NCBI RefSeq assembly: GCF_963921235.1
Contig: NC_086108.1
Location: 94,056,001-94,120,000, forward strand
Direction: 5' to 3'
Length of the DNA: 64,000 nucleotides
DNA from: Mobula hypostoma
Taxonomy: Eukaryota
Position numbers and translations under genes: made by a program. Shown piece by piece: positions 49,480-62,099 of the stretch (position 1 is its first letter; each line of letters opens with the position of its first letter). Under the pieces are notes generated by a model. It searched no databases. It was not told the origin of the DNA and was given only the letters and a program-made list of their open reading frames with translations.

Positions 49480-50930
49480 AGGACTTGGAACAGCAGTTAC
49501 TCTGCTCGAGAGTGCAAGAAACTACAGGGAGCTGAGGACGCAGCACAGCACATCGTGGAAACCAGCCTCTCCTCCGTGAACTCTGTCTATGTGTCTCACC
49601 GCCACAGTAAGAAACATAATCACAGATATGCTCTCTTCTATCCCTTCCCACCAGGCAGAAGATACAAACGCCTGCATTCATGTATCACCAGGCTCAAGGA
49701 CAGCTTCAGCCCTGCTGTTGTTAGACTGTCGAATGGTTCCCTAAGATAAGATGGACTTTTGACTTCGCAATCTACCTTGTTATGTCTGTTTGCTCTGTAA
49801 CTGTAACATTTTATTCTGCATTCTGTTTTTGTTTTCCCTTGTACTACCTCAATGCACTGATGTGATGAATTGATCGGTATGGTTGGCATGCAAAATAAAA
49901 TTTTCCACTGTACCTCAGTACACATGACAATAAACCAATTTTACCAATGTATACTAATTTAAATTTGAGATAATCTTGTGATAGATCGGCTATTTGAGGA
50001 GATGTTGCAATATTAACCTCACACTCAGCAACAGCAAGACCAAGGAATTAATTGTGGACTTCAGAAAGAGAAAGTCAGGTGAACACACACCAATCCTGTA
50101 GGTGGAAAGGGTGAGCAGTTTTAAGTTCCTGGGTGTCAACATCTCAGAGGATCTATCCTGGGTCCAACATGCATCAAGAAGGTGGCTCTGCTTCATTACA
50201 AATCGGAGAAGTTATGTCATCAAAGACTCTTGCAAATTTCTATAGATGTACAACAGAGAGCATTCTGACAAGTTGCATCTCAGCCTGGTATAGAACCTCC
50301 AATGTACAGGATCACAAAAGGCTTCAGGGGTTTGTAGATTCATCCAGCTCCATTACAGGTACAGTATAACTCCCTTCGCCATCAAGGACATCTTAAAGAG
50401 GCAGTGCCTCAAAAAGGCAACATCTATCATTATGGACCCTCACCAGCTGACACATGTCTTCTTCACGTTTCTACCGTCGGAGAGGAGGTACAGGACCTAC
50501 ATTCAACTTGAGAACAGCTCCTTGTCCTCCACCACCAGATTTCTAAACAATTTGTGATCCCGATCCCATAAACACTACCTTGTTAGTTACTTTAATTTGC
50601 ACTGTTTATTTCTGAACTCAGGGCAGCATCCATCATTAAGGACCCTCACCACCTGGGACGTGTTTCTACTCATTACTACCATCAGGGAACCTAAAGACCC
50701 ACACTCAACGTTTTAGGACAAACTTCTTCCCCTCCACCATCAGATTTCTGACTAGTCCACGAACCCATAAACACTACCATACCTCACTACTTTGTTTTCT
50801 TAATGCATTATTTATTTTTATATATATTTCTTATTGTAACATAGAAATTTTTTACATATTTCATTCTACTGCTGCCTCAAAACAACAAATTATATGATGT
50901 GTCATTGCTAATAAATTTGATTTTGATTCA
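49480..50930 (+). mobile_element. Adjacent Rex1/Babar 3' fragments
   Basis: PPGRRYKRL...TRLKDSF and FYRCTTESILTSCISAWY, plus family tails. Confidence 0.7.
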
Positions 50931-51802
50931 ATGGGCTAAGTGATCTCTTCACACTTGGCAAGGAGATATAGAAAATACAGACATTAATATGTCTGTGCCT
51001 AACTGATTGTGATCTATGTGAGTTATTGTGTTCTTTTCTCTGGAACAGGATTAGGCCATTCATTCGTTCCAGCCTATTCTACCACACTGTTAGGTCATGG
51101 CTGATCCACTAGGCTGCTATAGGGACACGTCCCCTAAAACCTTTATCTGACAGCTTTAATATGCCAGCTGATAAATCTGCGTCAAATGTGTCTCCTGGTG
51201 TGAATGTCATGGAGACATTTGCATTTGGTACTTATCTAGTGAAATGGACGAAAGTGCCCTTGAGCACGTAACTGCATCTACCTGTTGGAGCAGGCTTGGG
51301 TTAAGACAGGCATGCAGAGACTGCAGTAACCCTCTCTAGCAATTTTCGATGAATTGTACGCATCAGTAGCAGTGTTATTGACGGCTTTCTGGTTAGCCCG
51401 AGGGGGGAAGTGGGGAACTTACAGCTGGAACATCTCAGTAAATGTTACCCTGATCTATAGGTCTTCGTTGCCAGTTGTTGCTTTTCTTTTAAACAACTTT
51501 TGAGGTGTGTTTGCATTAATTTCAAGAGTGCAGCTCTGCTTTGTGTCGCCAGCAAACAAGATGTAAATACGTGAAAATTCTAAAGCAAATCTTTTGGTTA
51601 ATATGCTGTCAGTTTGAATCCCTGCCCTTTTAAATTCCTTAAATTAACCCATTATTTACTAAATTCCCACATTGATTTTCCATTTCTAGCATTCCCATGC
51701 CCTTCTCCCCATCTCCAACATCCAACACCCCTGGGAGTGTTCTTTCCTATTCTGGTCTCTTATCTAAAAAGGAAAAGAAACCCGGATATGAAAGGTTTAG
51801 AG

Positions 51803-51882
51803 CAGGGGTTCCCAAACTTGTTTATGCCATGGACTAATACCATTAAGCAAGGGGTCCGTGGACCCCGGGTTGGAAATCCTTG
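51803..51882. mobile_element. 80-bp hAT-type MITE with 8-bp TSD
   Basis: gtttagag|caggggttcccaaac ... gttggaaatccttg|gtttagag. Confidence 0.85.
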
Positions 51883-52574
51883 GTTTAGAGAGATGTTGTA
51901 CTAGCTGAGATGGAGCTCTGTGTCAGTATAGATGTGTTAGGCCAAAAGACCCGTTTCCATGGTGCTATATACTGGGAGTAGAAGTGCAGCCAGGTGATCA
52001 AGCTTGCCAAAGAAAGACTAGGGCTGGCACGGTAAGCATTCTTGATGGTGGTGTAACAGTGATCAAGTGTGTTGACTCTGCTTCTGCAGGTGACATGTTG
52101 GTCAGGGACTTATTCAAACTAGCCTGGTTGAGGTCCCCTGCGATGACCGGGAAGGCATCAGGGTGCACTGTGTCATGGCTGTTGATCATGGTGCTCCACT
52201 CCTTCAGTGTCAGCTTGACATTTGCCAAGGGTACCGTGACGATTTGACAGACTGATATTTTGGCCTAAATACAAGAAGGTACATTAGCTAGAAGACAGCT
52301 ATTGCATGGGGACTTAATGCATGTGTGCACAGATTTGCATGCACTCTCACTCACACTTGCATGGAGATTTGTATACAAACTCTTGCCCACGGCTTCCTCT
52401 TCCTCTGCTCCCTCCCTTTGATCCCTGTTCCTTCAGATATCGCCTTCCTCTCCTGACGAGGAATACAAGTAATTCATTCCTGACTTTGTCTGGGCCACAT
52501 TTCTGTCACGGAATCCAGCTAGCTTACTAGCTTTGTTAGTGATATCAATATAGATATACACAGAGGTGATATAA

Positions 52575-53365
52575 AGGGCATTGACTGGTTGCAGAGCTGG
52601 GCTGAGGAATGGCAGATGGCGTTCAGTCAGAAAAATGTGAAGTGATTCATTTTGGAGGGTCAAACCTGAAGGCAGAGTACATGGGTAATGGAAGAATTGT
52701 TAGCTGTGTGGAGCAACAATGGGATCTTGAGGCCTGAGTCCGTAGATCCCTCAACATTGCCACACAAGTTGATAGGGTAATTTGTATGGTGTGTTGGGCT
52801 TCATTAGTCAGGGAATTGAGTTCAAGAACCACAAGGTAATGTTGCTTCTCGATAAAACCCTGGTTACACCAGACTTGGTGTATTGTGTTCAGTTCTGGTC
52901 ACCATATTATAGGAAGAATGTGGAATCTTTAGAGAGATTTGCCAGGATGTGGCCTGGATTAGAGAACATGTCTTATGAGGATAGGCTGCGAAAGTTAGAG
53001 CTTTTCATCTTGGAGCAAAGGAAGGTGAGAGGCGACTTGATAGAGGTGTACAAGATTATAAGAGGCGTAGATAGTGGATGGTCAATGTCTTTTTCCCAGG
53101 GTGGCAATGGCTAATACACCTGTTTAGGATGAATGGGGGAAAGTTCAGGGGACATGTCATAAAATGGTTAAGTGCCTGAAATGCAGTGCTGGGGGTGGTG
53201 GTGGGACATCTAAGAGACTCGTAGGCACATGGATGAAGGAAAAATGGAGGGCTATGGGCTACGTAAGAGGGAGGGGTTCGATTTTTGATGGAGTAGTTTT
53301 ATGTATGGTAGGCCAGCACAACATTGTGGGCCGAAGGGCCTGTGCTGTGCTGTTCTGTTCTATTC
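52575..53365 (+). mobile_element. Degenerate CR1 3' fragment
   Basis: GVLGFISQGIEFK...YCVQFWSPYYRK...RGDLIEVYKI. Confidence 0.85.
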
Positions 53366-54422
53366 TGTGTAATGCTACCTTTTTCTATTTTCTTTGGTAA
53401 TGTGGTCCTTGGATTTTTTTAGGACAGTTCTAATTTTGCTGCTGTCCTTTGACAATTCCCACCGGTGTCTGTAAAGAGTTTGCACATTCTCCCTAAGACC
53501 ACATGGGTTTCTTCCAGGTGCTCCAGTTTCCTCCCATATTCCAAAGACTTGGATTAGGTTCAGTAAACTAAGCTGGTGCCAGAAGCTTGGTGACACTTGC
53601 AGGTCGCTCCCAGCATATCCTCAGACTGTGTTGCTTGTTGACGCAAATAACACATTTCACTGTGTGTTTCAATATTTTTATATACATGTGACAAAATAAG
53701 CTAATTTTCAGTAAGTTTAAACTAGTTGGCTGGATTAGGGATGTTCATGAACAAGTGTAGTCAGTCCATCATTACTGCTGAACTGTGGTGTCACTACAAG
53801 CTTGCACAGTGCAGGTCTTGCTTTTGGGTTTATCGATATAACGGTAATCCTGCAAACAACACAGGTTATTGTATTCACAGGAAGAACGCCACCCCTTGCA
53901 TATAAAGTTACTCCTTTAAATGCATTCGTGCTGTTTTCTGATTGTTTTTCTCTGTCTAGTCATAAAAACACTGAATGGTCGACTGATTTCCTTTACTGAT
54001 GGGAACTTGCCTTCTCCATTCTGTCTGACCTCCATCTCATTCTAATTCTTCTCTCTGTTTGACCTTTATTTTGTGTCCTGAAGTGGCCTGGCAGGCCACT
54101 TAGTTGTAAAAAACTAATCACCCCTCAAAGCTCAGTACCACCAGGGTGGCTAAAGATAAATTAAGATGAGCAATAAATATGTCAGAATTGACCCTTCAGA
54201 CACCAGAGGCACAGGGTGGTGGGTCCTCACATTCTTTACATGCTCTTGAATGATAGGCTTGGAGTTGATTTCCTTCAGCCAGGGAACAGATTAATGAACA
54301 TGTGAATTTTGAAACATTTTGACGGGGGAACATGAGGGGGGACTACTGCACTCAGAAGTTGGTATGAATGTGGAACGAGTTGCCAGTAGAAGTAGTGCAT
54401 ATTGGTTCGATTTCAATATTTA

Positions 54423-57400
54423 TAGTGCCCATAAGAAATATTCACCTCCCTTGGAAGTTTTCATGTTTTTATTGTTTTACAAAATTGAATCACAGTGGGT
54501 TTAATTTGGCTTTTTTTGACACTTATCAACAGAAAAATTCTTTCATGCCAAAGTGTAAACAAATCTCTACAAAATGATCTAAATTAATTATAAACAAAAA
54601 ACACAAAATAATTGATTACATAACTATTCACTCCCTTTAATATGACACATCAAATCATCACTGGTACAGACAATTGGTTTTAGAAGTCACATAATTAGTT
54701 AAATGGAGATCACCTGTGTGCAGTCGAGGTGTTTCAATTGATTGTCAGTGTCCTAGCAGAAACTACACTATGAAGACAAAAGAACATTTCAAGCATCTCC
54801 GCGAAAAGGTTATGGAAGAGCACAAGTCCGGAGATGGATACTAGAAAATTTCCAAGTCACTGAATATCCCTTGGAGTGCAGTTAAGTCAATCGTCAAGAA
54901 ATGGAAAGAATATGGTACCACTGTAAATCTGCCTAGAGCTGGCCATCCTCAAAAATTGAGTGACTGTCCAAGAAGGGGACGAGTGAGGGATGCCACCAAG
55001 AGACCTATGACAACTCTGCAGGAGTTACAAGCTTCAGTGGCTGAGATGGGAGAGACTGCACATACAATGACTGTTGCCCGGGTGTTTCACCAGTCACAGC
55101 TCTATGGGACAGTGGCAAAGAGAAAGCCACTGTTGAAAACAACTCACGTGAAATCTCAGCTAGAGTTTGCCAGACTCTGAGTCTACATAGAACATAGAAG
55201 AGTACAACACAGTACAGGCCCTTCGGCCCACAATGTTGTGCTGACCCTCAAACCCTGCCTCCCATATAAGCCCCCACCTTAGATTCCTCCATATACCTGT
55301 CTAGTAGTCTCTTAAACTTCACTAGTGTATCTGCCTCCACCACTGACTCAGGCAGTGCATTCCACGCACCAACCACTCTCTGAGTAAAAAACCTTCCTCT
55401 AATATCCCCCTTGAACTTCCCACCCCTTAACTTAAAGCCATGTCCTCTTGTATTGAGAAGTGGTGCCCTGGGGAAGAGGTGCTGGCTATCCACTCTATTT
55501 TTTCCTCTTATTATCTTGTACACCTCTATCATGTCTCCTCTCATCCTCCTTCTCTCCAAAGAGTAAAGCCCTAGCTCCCTTAATCTCTGATCATAATGCA
55601 TACTTTCTAAACCAGGCAGCATCCTGGTAAATCTCCTCTTTACCCTTTCCAATGCTTCCACATCCTTCCTATAGTGAGGCGACCAGAACTGGACACAGTA
55701 CTCCAAGTGTGGCCTAACCAGAGTTTTATAGAGCTGCATCATTACATCACAACTCTTAAACTCTATCCCTCGACTTATGAAAGCTAACACCCCATAAGCT
55801 TAACTACCCTATCCACCTGTGAGGCAACTTTCAGGGATCTGTGGACATGTACCCCGAGATCCCTCTGCTCCTCCACACTACCAAGTATCCTGCCATTTAC
55901 TTTGTACTCTGCCTTGGAGTTTGTCCTTCCAAAGTGTACCACCTCACACTTCTCCGGGTTGAACTCCATCTGCCACTTCTCAGCCCACTTCTGTATCGTA
56001 TCAATGTCTCTCTGCAATCTTTGACAATCCTCTACACTATCTACAACACCACCAACCTTTGTGTCGTCTGCAAACTTGCCAACCCACCCTTCTACCCCAA
56101 CATCCAAGTTGTTAATAAAAATCACGAAAAGTAGAGGTCCCAGAACAGATCCTTGTGGGACACCACTAGTCACAATCCTCCAATCTGAATGTACTCCCTC
56201 CACCACCACCCTCTGCCTTCTGCAGGCAAGCCAATTCTGAATCCACCTGGCCAAACTTCCCTGGATCCCATGCCTTCTAACTTTCTGAATAAGCCTACCG
56301 TGTGGAACCTTGTCAAATGCCTTACTAAAATCCATATAGATCACATCCACTGCACTACCCTCATCTATATGCCTGGTCACCTCCTCAAAGAACTCTATCA
56401 GGCTTGTTAGACACGATCTGCCCTTCACAAAGCCATGCTGACTGTCCCTGATCAGACCATGATTCTCTAAATGTCTATAGATTCTATCTCTAAGAATCTT
56501 TTCCAACAGCTTTCCCACCACAGACTTAAAGGCTCACTGGTCTATAATTACCCGGACTATCCCTACTACCTTTTTTGAACAAGGGAACAACATTCGCCTC
56601 CCTCCAATCCTCTGGTACCATTCCCGTGGACAACGAGGACATAAAGATCCTAGCCAGAGGCTCAGCAATCTTTTCTCTCGCCTCGTGGAGCAGCCTGGGG
56701 AATATTCCGTCAGGCCCCGGGGACCTATCTGTCCTAATGTATTTTAACAACTCCAACACCTCCTCTCCCTTAATATCAACATGCTCCAGAACATCAACCT
56801 CACTCATATTGTCCTCACCATCATCAAGTTCCCTCTCATTGATGAATACCGAAGAGAAGTATTCATTGAGGACCTCGCTCACTTCCACAGCCCCCAGGCG
56901 CATCTTCCCACCTTTATCTCTAATTGGTCCTACCTTCACTCCTGTCATCCTTTTTTTCTTCACATAATTGAAGAATGCCTTGGGGTTTTCCTTTACCCTA
57001 CTCGCCAAGGCCTTCTCATGCCCCCTTCTTGCTCTTCTCAGCCGCTTCTTAAGCTCCTTTCTTGCTTCCCTATATTCCTCAATGGACCCATCTGATCCTT
57101 GATTCCTAAACCTCATGTATGCTGCCTTCTTCCACCTGACTAGATTTTCCACCTCACTCGTCACCCATGGTTCCTTCACCCTACCATTCTTTATATTCCT
57201 CACCGGGACAAATTTATCCCTTACATCCCGCAAGAGATCTCTAAGCATCGACCACATGTCCATAGTACATTTCCCTGCAAAAACATCATCCCAATTCACA
57301 CCCGCAAGTTCTAGCCTTATAGCCTCTTAATTTGCCTTTCCACAATTAAAAATTTTCCTGTCCTCTTTGATCCTATCCTTTTCCATGATAATTATAAAGG

Positions 57401-58848
57401 CCAGGGAGTGGTGGTCACTGTCCCCCAGATGCTCACCCACTGAGAGATCTGTGACCTGACCCGGTTCATTACCTAGTACTAGATCTAGTATGGCATTCCC
57501 CCGGTTGGCCTGTCCACATACTGTGACAGGAATCCATCCTGGACACACTTAACAAACTCTGCCCCATCTAAACCCTTGGAACTAATCAGGTGCCAATCAA
57601 TATTAGGGAAGTTAAAGTCACCCATGATAACAAACCTGTTATTTTTGCACCTTTCCAAAATCTGCCTCCCAATCTGCTCCTCTGTATCTCTGCTGCTACC
57701 AGGGGGCCTATAGAATACCCCCAGTAGAGTAACTGCTCCCTTCCTGTTCCTGACTTCCACCCATATTGACTCAAAAGAGGATCCTGCTACATTACCCACC
57801 CTTTCTGTAGCTGTAATAGTATCCCTGACCAGTAATGCCACCCCTCCTCCCCTTTTTCCGCCCTCTCTATCCCTTTTAAAGCACTGAAATCCAGGAATAT
57901 TGAGAATCCATTCCTGCCCTGGTGCTAGCCAAGTCTCTGTAATGGCCACTACATCATAATTCCATGTATGTATCCAAGCTCTCAGTTCATCACCTTTGTT
58001 CCTGATGCTTCTTGCGTTGAAGTACACACATTTCAGCCCTTCTACCTTACTGTCTTTACACCGTTTATTCTCTGAGAGAGACTCTGAAGTCAGCTGGAAG
58101 AAGTTTCTCTGGTCTGGTGAAACCAAAACTAAATGTTATGTTTGGCATAAGCCAAACACTGCACATCATCAAAAATACACCATCCTTGCCATGAAGCCTC
58201 ATGCTTTGGGAATGCTTCACTGCAGCAGGCCCTAGTAGGCTTGAGAAGGTAGAACGTAAAATGAATGTAGCAAAGTACAGGGAAATCCTGGAGGAAAACC
58301 TGATGCAGTCTGCAAGAGAACTGTGGCTTGGGAGAAGACTCGTTTTCCAGCAAGACAATAACCTCAAGCATAAAGCCAAAGTTACATAAGAATGGCTTAA
58401 AAACAACAAAATTAATGTCCTGGACTGGCCAAGTCAGAGTTCAGACTTCAATCTAATTCAGAATTTGTGACTGGACTTGAAAAGGGCTGTTCACTCATGA
58501 TCCCCCATGCAATCTGACAGAGCTTAAACAGTTTTGTAAAGAAGAATGGGGAAAAATTGTAGTGTCCAGATGTGCAATGCTGATAGAGACCTATCCACAC
58601 AGACTCAAGGCTGTAATTGCTGCCAAAGGTGCATCTACTAAATATTGACATGAATGGGTGAATACTTATACAATCAATTATTTTATATTTATAATTAATG
58701 TAGATCACTTTGTATAGATCTGTTTGACATGAAAGAGTCTTGTTCTGTTGTGTCAAAAAAGCCAAATTAAATCCATTGTGACTCAGTTTTGTAAAACAAT
58801 AAAACATGAAGAACTTCCAAGGGTTGTGAATACTTTTTATAGGCGCTG
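54423..58848 (+). mobile_element. Tc1-family DNA transposon with long (about 200 bp) IR/DR-type TIRs and TA TSD; transposase pseudogenised and interrupted by CR1
   Basis: TA|tagtgcccataagaaatattcac...cttggaag versus cttccaagggttgtgaatactttttataggcgctg|TA. Transposase remnants AKRKPLLK, KFLWSGETK, FQQDNNLKH, DWPSQSSD. Confidence 0.92.
55184..58070 (-). mobile_element. CR1 LINE with near-complete ORF2 (APE endonuclease plus RT), frameshifted, nested in Tc1
   Basis: YFNARSIRNK, AITETW, FYRPP, MGDFN, LDLVL, SDH (EN); NYRPVSL, GVPQGSVLGP, KFADD (RT). agactctga repeated at 55172-55180 and 58079-58087. Confidence 0.95.
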
Positions 58849-60209
58849 TAAGAGAAGTTTGTCTAAGTACGTGGATGGGAGAGGTACAGAGAGCTATGAT
58901 CCAGGTGTAGGTCAATAGGATTAGGCAGAATTATAGTCTGGTGTGGATGAGATGGGCTGAAGGGCCTGTTTCTGTGCTGTGGTATGAATGAACTAACGGC
59001 AGGGATCTGCAAGTCCAAGGACAAGAGGACATGGATTCACTGCAGTTGGCATAAGTAACTGGGGTTTTAGGGCAACACCCTTTTCCACCATGAGTTTCTG
59101 AGATCTACAGTTCACTTCCTGAGGGGTGTGGAAGCAGGTTCAATTGCAAAGTTAATTAGAGGGTTGTATAAATTCTCAAACAGGAAGTGATTTGCAGAGC
59201 CACTGCGAATGATTGGCAGAGTGGGAAATGGGACTGGTTGGACTGCTTTCCTAATCAGTCACCTGAAGTAGAGTGAGTGGTCTGAACGGCTGCCTTCTCG
59301 ACACCGTTCTATGGTAAGTGACCTCAGGTCCCCTGCCTTCTCAGTCCTTAATGTGACACCCTCTCTTGCTCTCCCTGCTGCAGGGGTGAGCCTCGTTGAT
59401 GTCGTAGAGTCTGAGGGTTGAAGCTATGATCTCTCCAGCCACTTCACCCAAATTATACTTTTCAGCATTGTCTTCCCCTGTAATTGTTCTTTCTTCCCAG
59501 TCTTTACATGCATTTGATGCCCGTCCGATATAATACTGTGAAGGCATGGTTACCACATGGAGTGGGTTTTGTGCATTTTCTGACTTTGTCGACAAAATTA
59601 ACATGGATATCTGAAAACAGACCTGTTTGTTACCCGGGGAACAGCCCGGACAGCTTTCAACATTCTGGCACCTCTGCCCGCCAATGCTGATTCGTGACTT
59701 CCCTCAAAATCTCCTTATTCCTCCACCTTGCTGTTTCCCTCCCTGGTTTTAAAAGTCACTTAACATCCCTTCTTTCAAGCTTGTTTTCCCTAACCAAGCC
59801 TTCACCTGAACCCCATTTTTGTCCCCCATACCAATAGGGTGGACTACTTTTTGCTGTCATGCACCCCTAAGATTCTTACAGATTAGGTAGCGTTCCTTGG
59901 AAGAGAAGTACTTTAGGTGTTGAGCGAATATCAGGCTCTCCGTTGCGATGTGTACACAAGCCAGAGCAGTACAATATGGAGCAAGCTGTTGCCCATGCGG
60001 CAGGCATCCCCTCTTCACACAGCTAACGAACCCAAAGGAACAGCACAGACTGATACAGTTTGGCACCAGCGGCATTGCAGGAGTCGTCAGTCAGCACTAA
60101 ACTCAGTAAAGGGTTGCCTTAGGGATTCCAGCTCTGGATTTTTCTTGGGTTTTACTCCCAAAGCCTTCCCCATGAATGGGTAAAGCCAAAGGCAGTGGAG
60201 ATTTAAGAT

Positions 60210-60491
60210 ACATAAAAGTTGCTGGTGAACGCAGCAGGCCAGGCAGCATCTGTAGGAAGAGGTGCAGTCGACATTTCAGGCCGAGACCCTTCGTCAGGAC
60301 TAATTGAAGGAAGAGTGAGTAAGGGCTTTCAAATCCCTTACTCACTCTTCCTTCAGTTAGTCCTGACGAAGGGTCTCGGCCTGAAACGTCGACTGCACCT
60401 CTTCCTAGAGATGCTGCCTGGCCTGCTGCGTTCACCAGCAACTTTTATGTGTGTTGCTTGAATTTCCAGCATCTGCAGAATTCCTGTTGTT
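60210..60491. mobile_element. Fold-back PLE-terminus insertion with two opposed hammerhead motifs and 14-bp TSD
   Basis: tggagatttaagat at 60196-60209 and 60492-60505. Arms 60210-60325 and 60335-60450. Confidence 0.92.
60359..60394 (+). ncRNA. Minimal hammerhead ribozyme motif; opposite-strand copy at 60266-60301
   Basis: agtcCTGACGAagggtctcggcctGAAACGTCgact. Confidence 0.8.
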
Positions 60492-61935
60492 TGGAGATTT
60501 AAGATCAGAGTTTTCCTTCTTGGACGAGCTACCAACCACGTGAGCTCCATCTGCCTGATAACCTTTCGATATTTACCTGTTGAATACTGAAAGACCCAGA
60601 TGGAGAGGATATTTCAAATAGTGGGAGAGTCTATGACCAGAGAGCAGAGCCTCTGAATACACAGGTGTCCCTTTAAGACAGAGATGAGGAGGAATTTCTT
60701 TACCCAGAGGTTGGTGAATCTGTGGAATTCATTTTCATCTGTGGAAATCTGGAAAGAAGGCAGGAGAATGGGGTTGAGAGGAATAATAAATCGGCACCCT
60801 AGCTGTGGGTAACCAGTGCTTCATGATTTTACACCATAACATCCCTACTCTTTTTTTCTATACCATGTTCTGATTATGCCTTTCACTTTCAGGGACCCTT
60901 GAATTTGTACACCTCTGTTCCTGAATTCTTCCTATAGCTCTACTATTATGTCTACACCCTCCCAGAGCTACACCATCATAAGACATAGGAGCAGAATTAG
61001 ACCATTCGGCCCATTGAGTCTGCTCTGCTATTCCATCATGGCTAATTTATTATACTTCTCAACCCCGTTCTCCTGCCTTCTCCCCGTAACATCTGACACC
61101 CTGACTATCAACCTCTGCTTTAAATATGCCCAGTGACTTAGCCTCCACAGTCATCTGCTGGCAATAAATTCCAGTTTCACCCCCATCTGGGTAAAAAAAG
61201 TTCCTCCTCAGCTCTGTTCTAAATGGATGTCCCTCTATTCTGAGGCTGTGTTATAGACCAGATCAGATTTCAAAGACATTCCCCCTCATTCTTCTAAACT
61301 TTAGCGAGTACAGACCCAGAGCCATCAAATGCTCCTCAAACATTAACCATTTAATTCGCAGAATCACCTTTGCACTTATCAGGATTAAATTCTATCTGCC
61401 ATTGCTCTGCTCATGTTACCAATTGATGAATGTTGTTCTATAGACTACAACTATCCTCCTCACTGTCAACAACAGTATCGATTAAGTCACTTGCAAAATT
61501 ACTAATCATCCCTCCACACCCCCCCCCCACAGTTTTTTACCCAAACCATTAATATATGTCACAGACAGTAAGGGTCCCAGCTTATATTATTGGTCATGGG
61601 CTTCCAATCACACAAACATCATGACCCACTGTTCCTGAATACCACAACAATTTTGGATCCAATTTGCCCTGGATTCTGTCAGCAGGTCAGGCAGCACCCA
61701 CAAAGGGATGTGGGCAGGTCCAGAGAAAAGGTCTGGACCAGAAATGTTGACTGTCCATTTTCCCTTCCTTGGTGCTGCCTGACTCCTTGAACTCCCCCAG
61801 TGTTTTGAAAGTTGCCCCAGATTCTAGCATCTACAGTGTACTCTGTCCCCGTCGGTCGTATGGGCAAAAGGGATGAGCCTAGACGGCCATCTGGTTGGGC
61901 ATGTTAGAATTGAGCCGAAGAGTCTATTTCCACGC

Positions 61936-62069
61936 AAACACGAGGAAATCTGCAGATGCTGGAATTTCAAGCAACACTCATAAAAGTTGCTGGTGAACGC
62001 AGCAGGCCAGGCATCTCTAGGAACAGGTACAGTCGACGTTTCGGCCCGTAACTTTTATGTGTGTTGCTT
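61936..62069. mobile_element. PLE-terminus insertion truncated inside the HHR, with short inverted tail and 16-bp TSD
   Basis: gagtctatttccaYgc at 61920-61935 and 62070-62085. aacttttatgtgtgttgctt is the inverse of aagcaacactcataaaagtt. Confidence 0.88.
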
Positions 62070-62099
62070 GAGTCTATTTCCATGCTAATTACTGTATGA

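Larger units (their letters stand above)
59885..60555 (+). mobile_element. RTE-related non-autonomous element, split by the PLE fold-back insertion
   Basis: gatacagtttggcaccagcggcattgcaggag and cccaaagccttccccatga resemble RTE 5' regions. The sequence continues after the TSD at 60506. Confidence 0.45.

Noticed and set aside
52437..52468. Micro-exon (cttcag|ATATCG...TACAA|gtaatt)
   Set aside because: Splice-like signals are present, but it does not encode the expected SAM continuation, it is 32 nt long, and there is no other support.
57996..58126. Start of the 213-aa endonuclease ORF as a fusion protein
   Set aside because: Its first residues come from the antisense of the flanking Tc1 transposase; this is a junction artefact.
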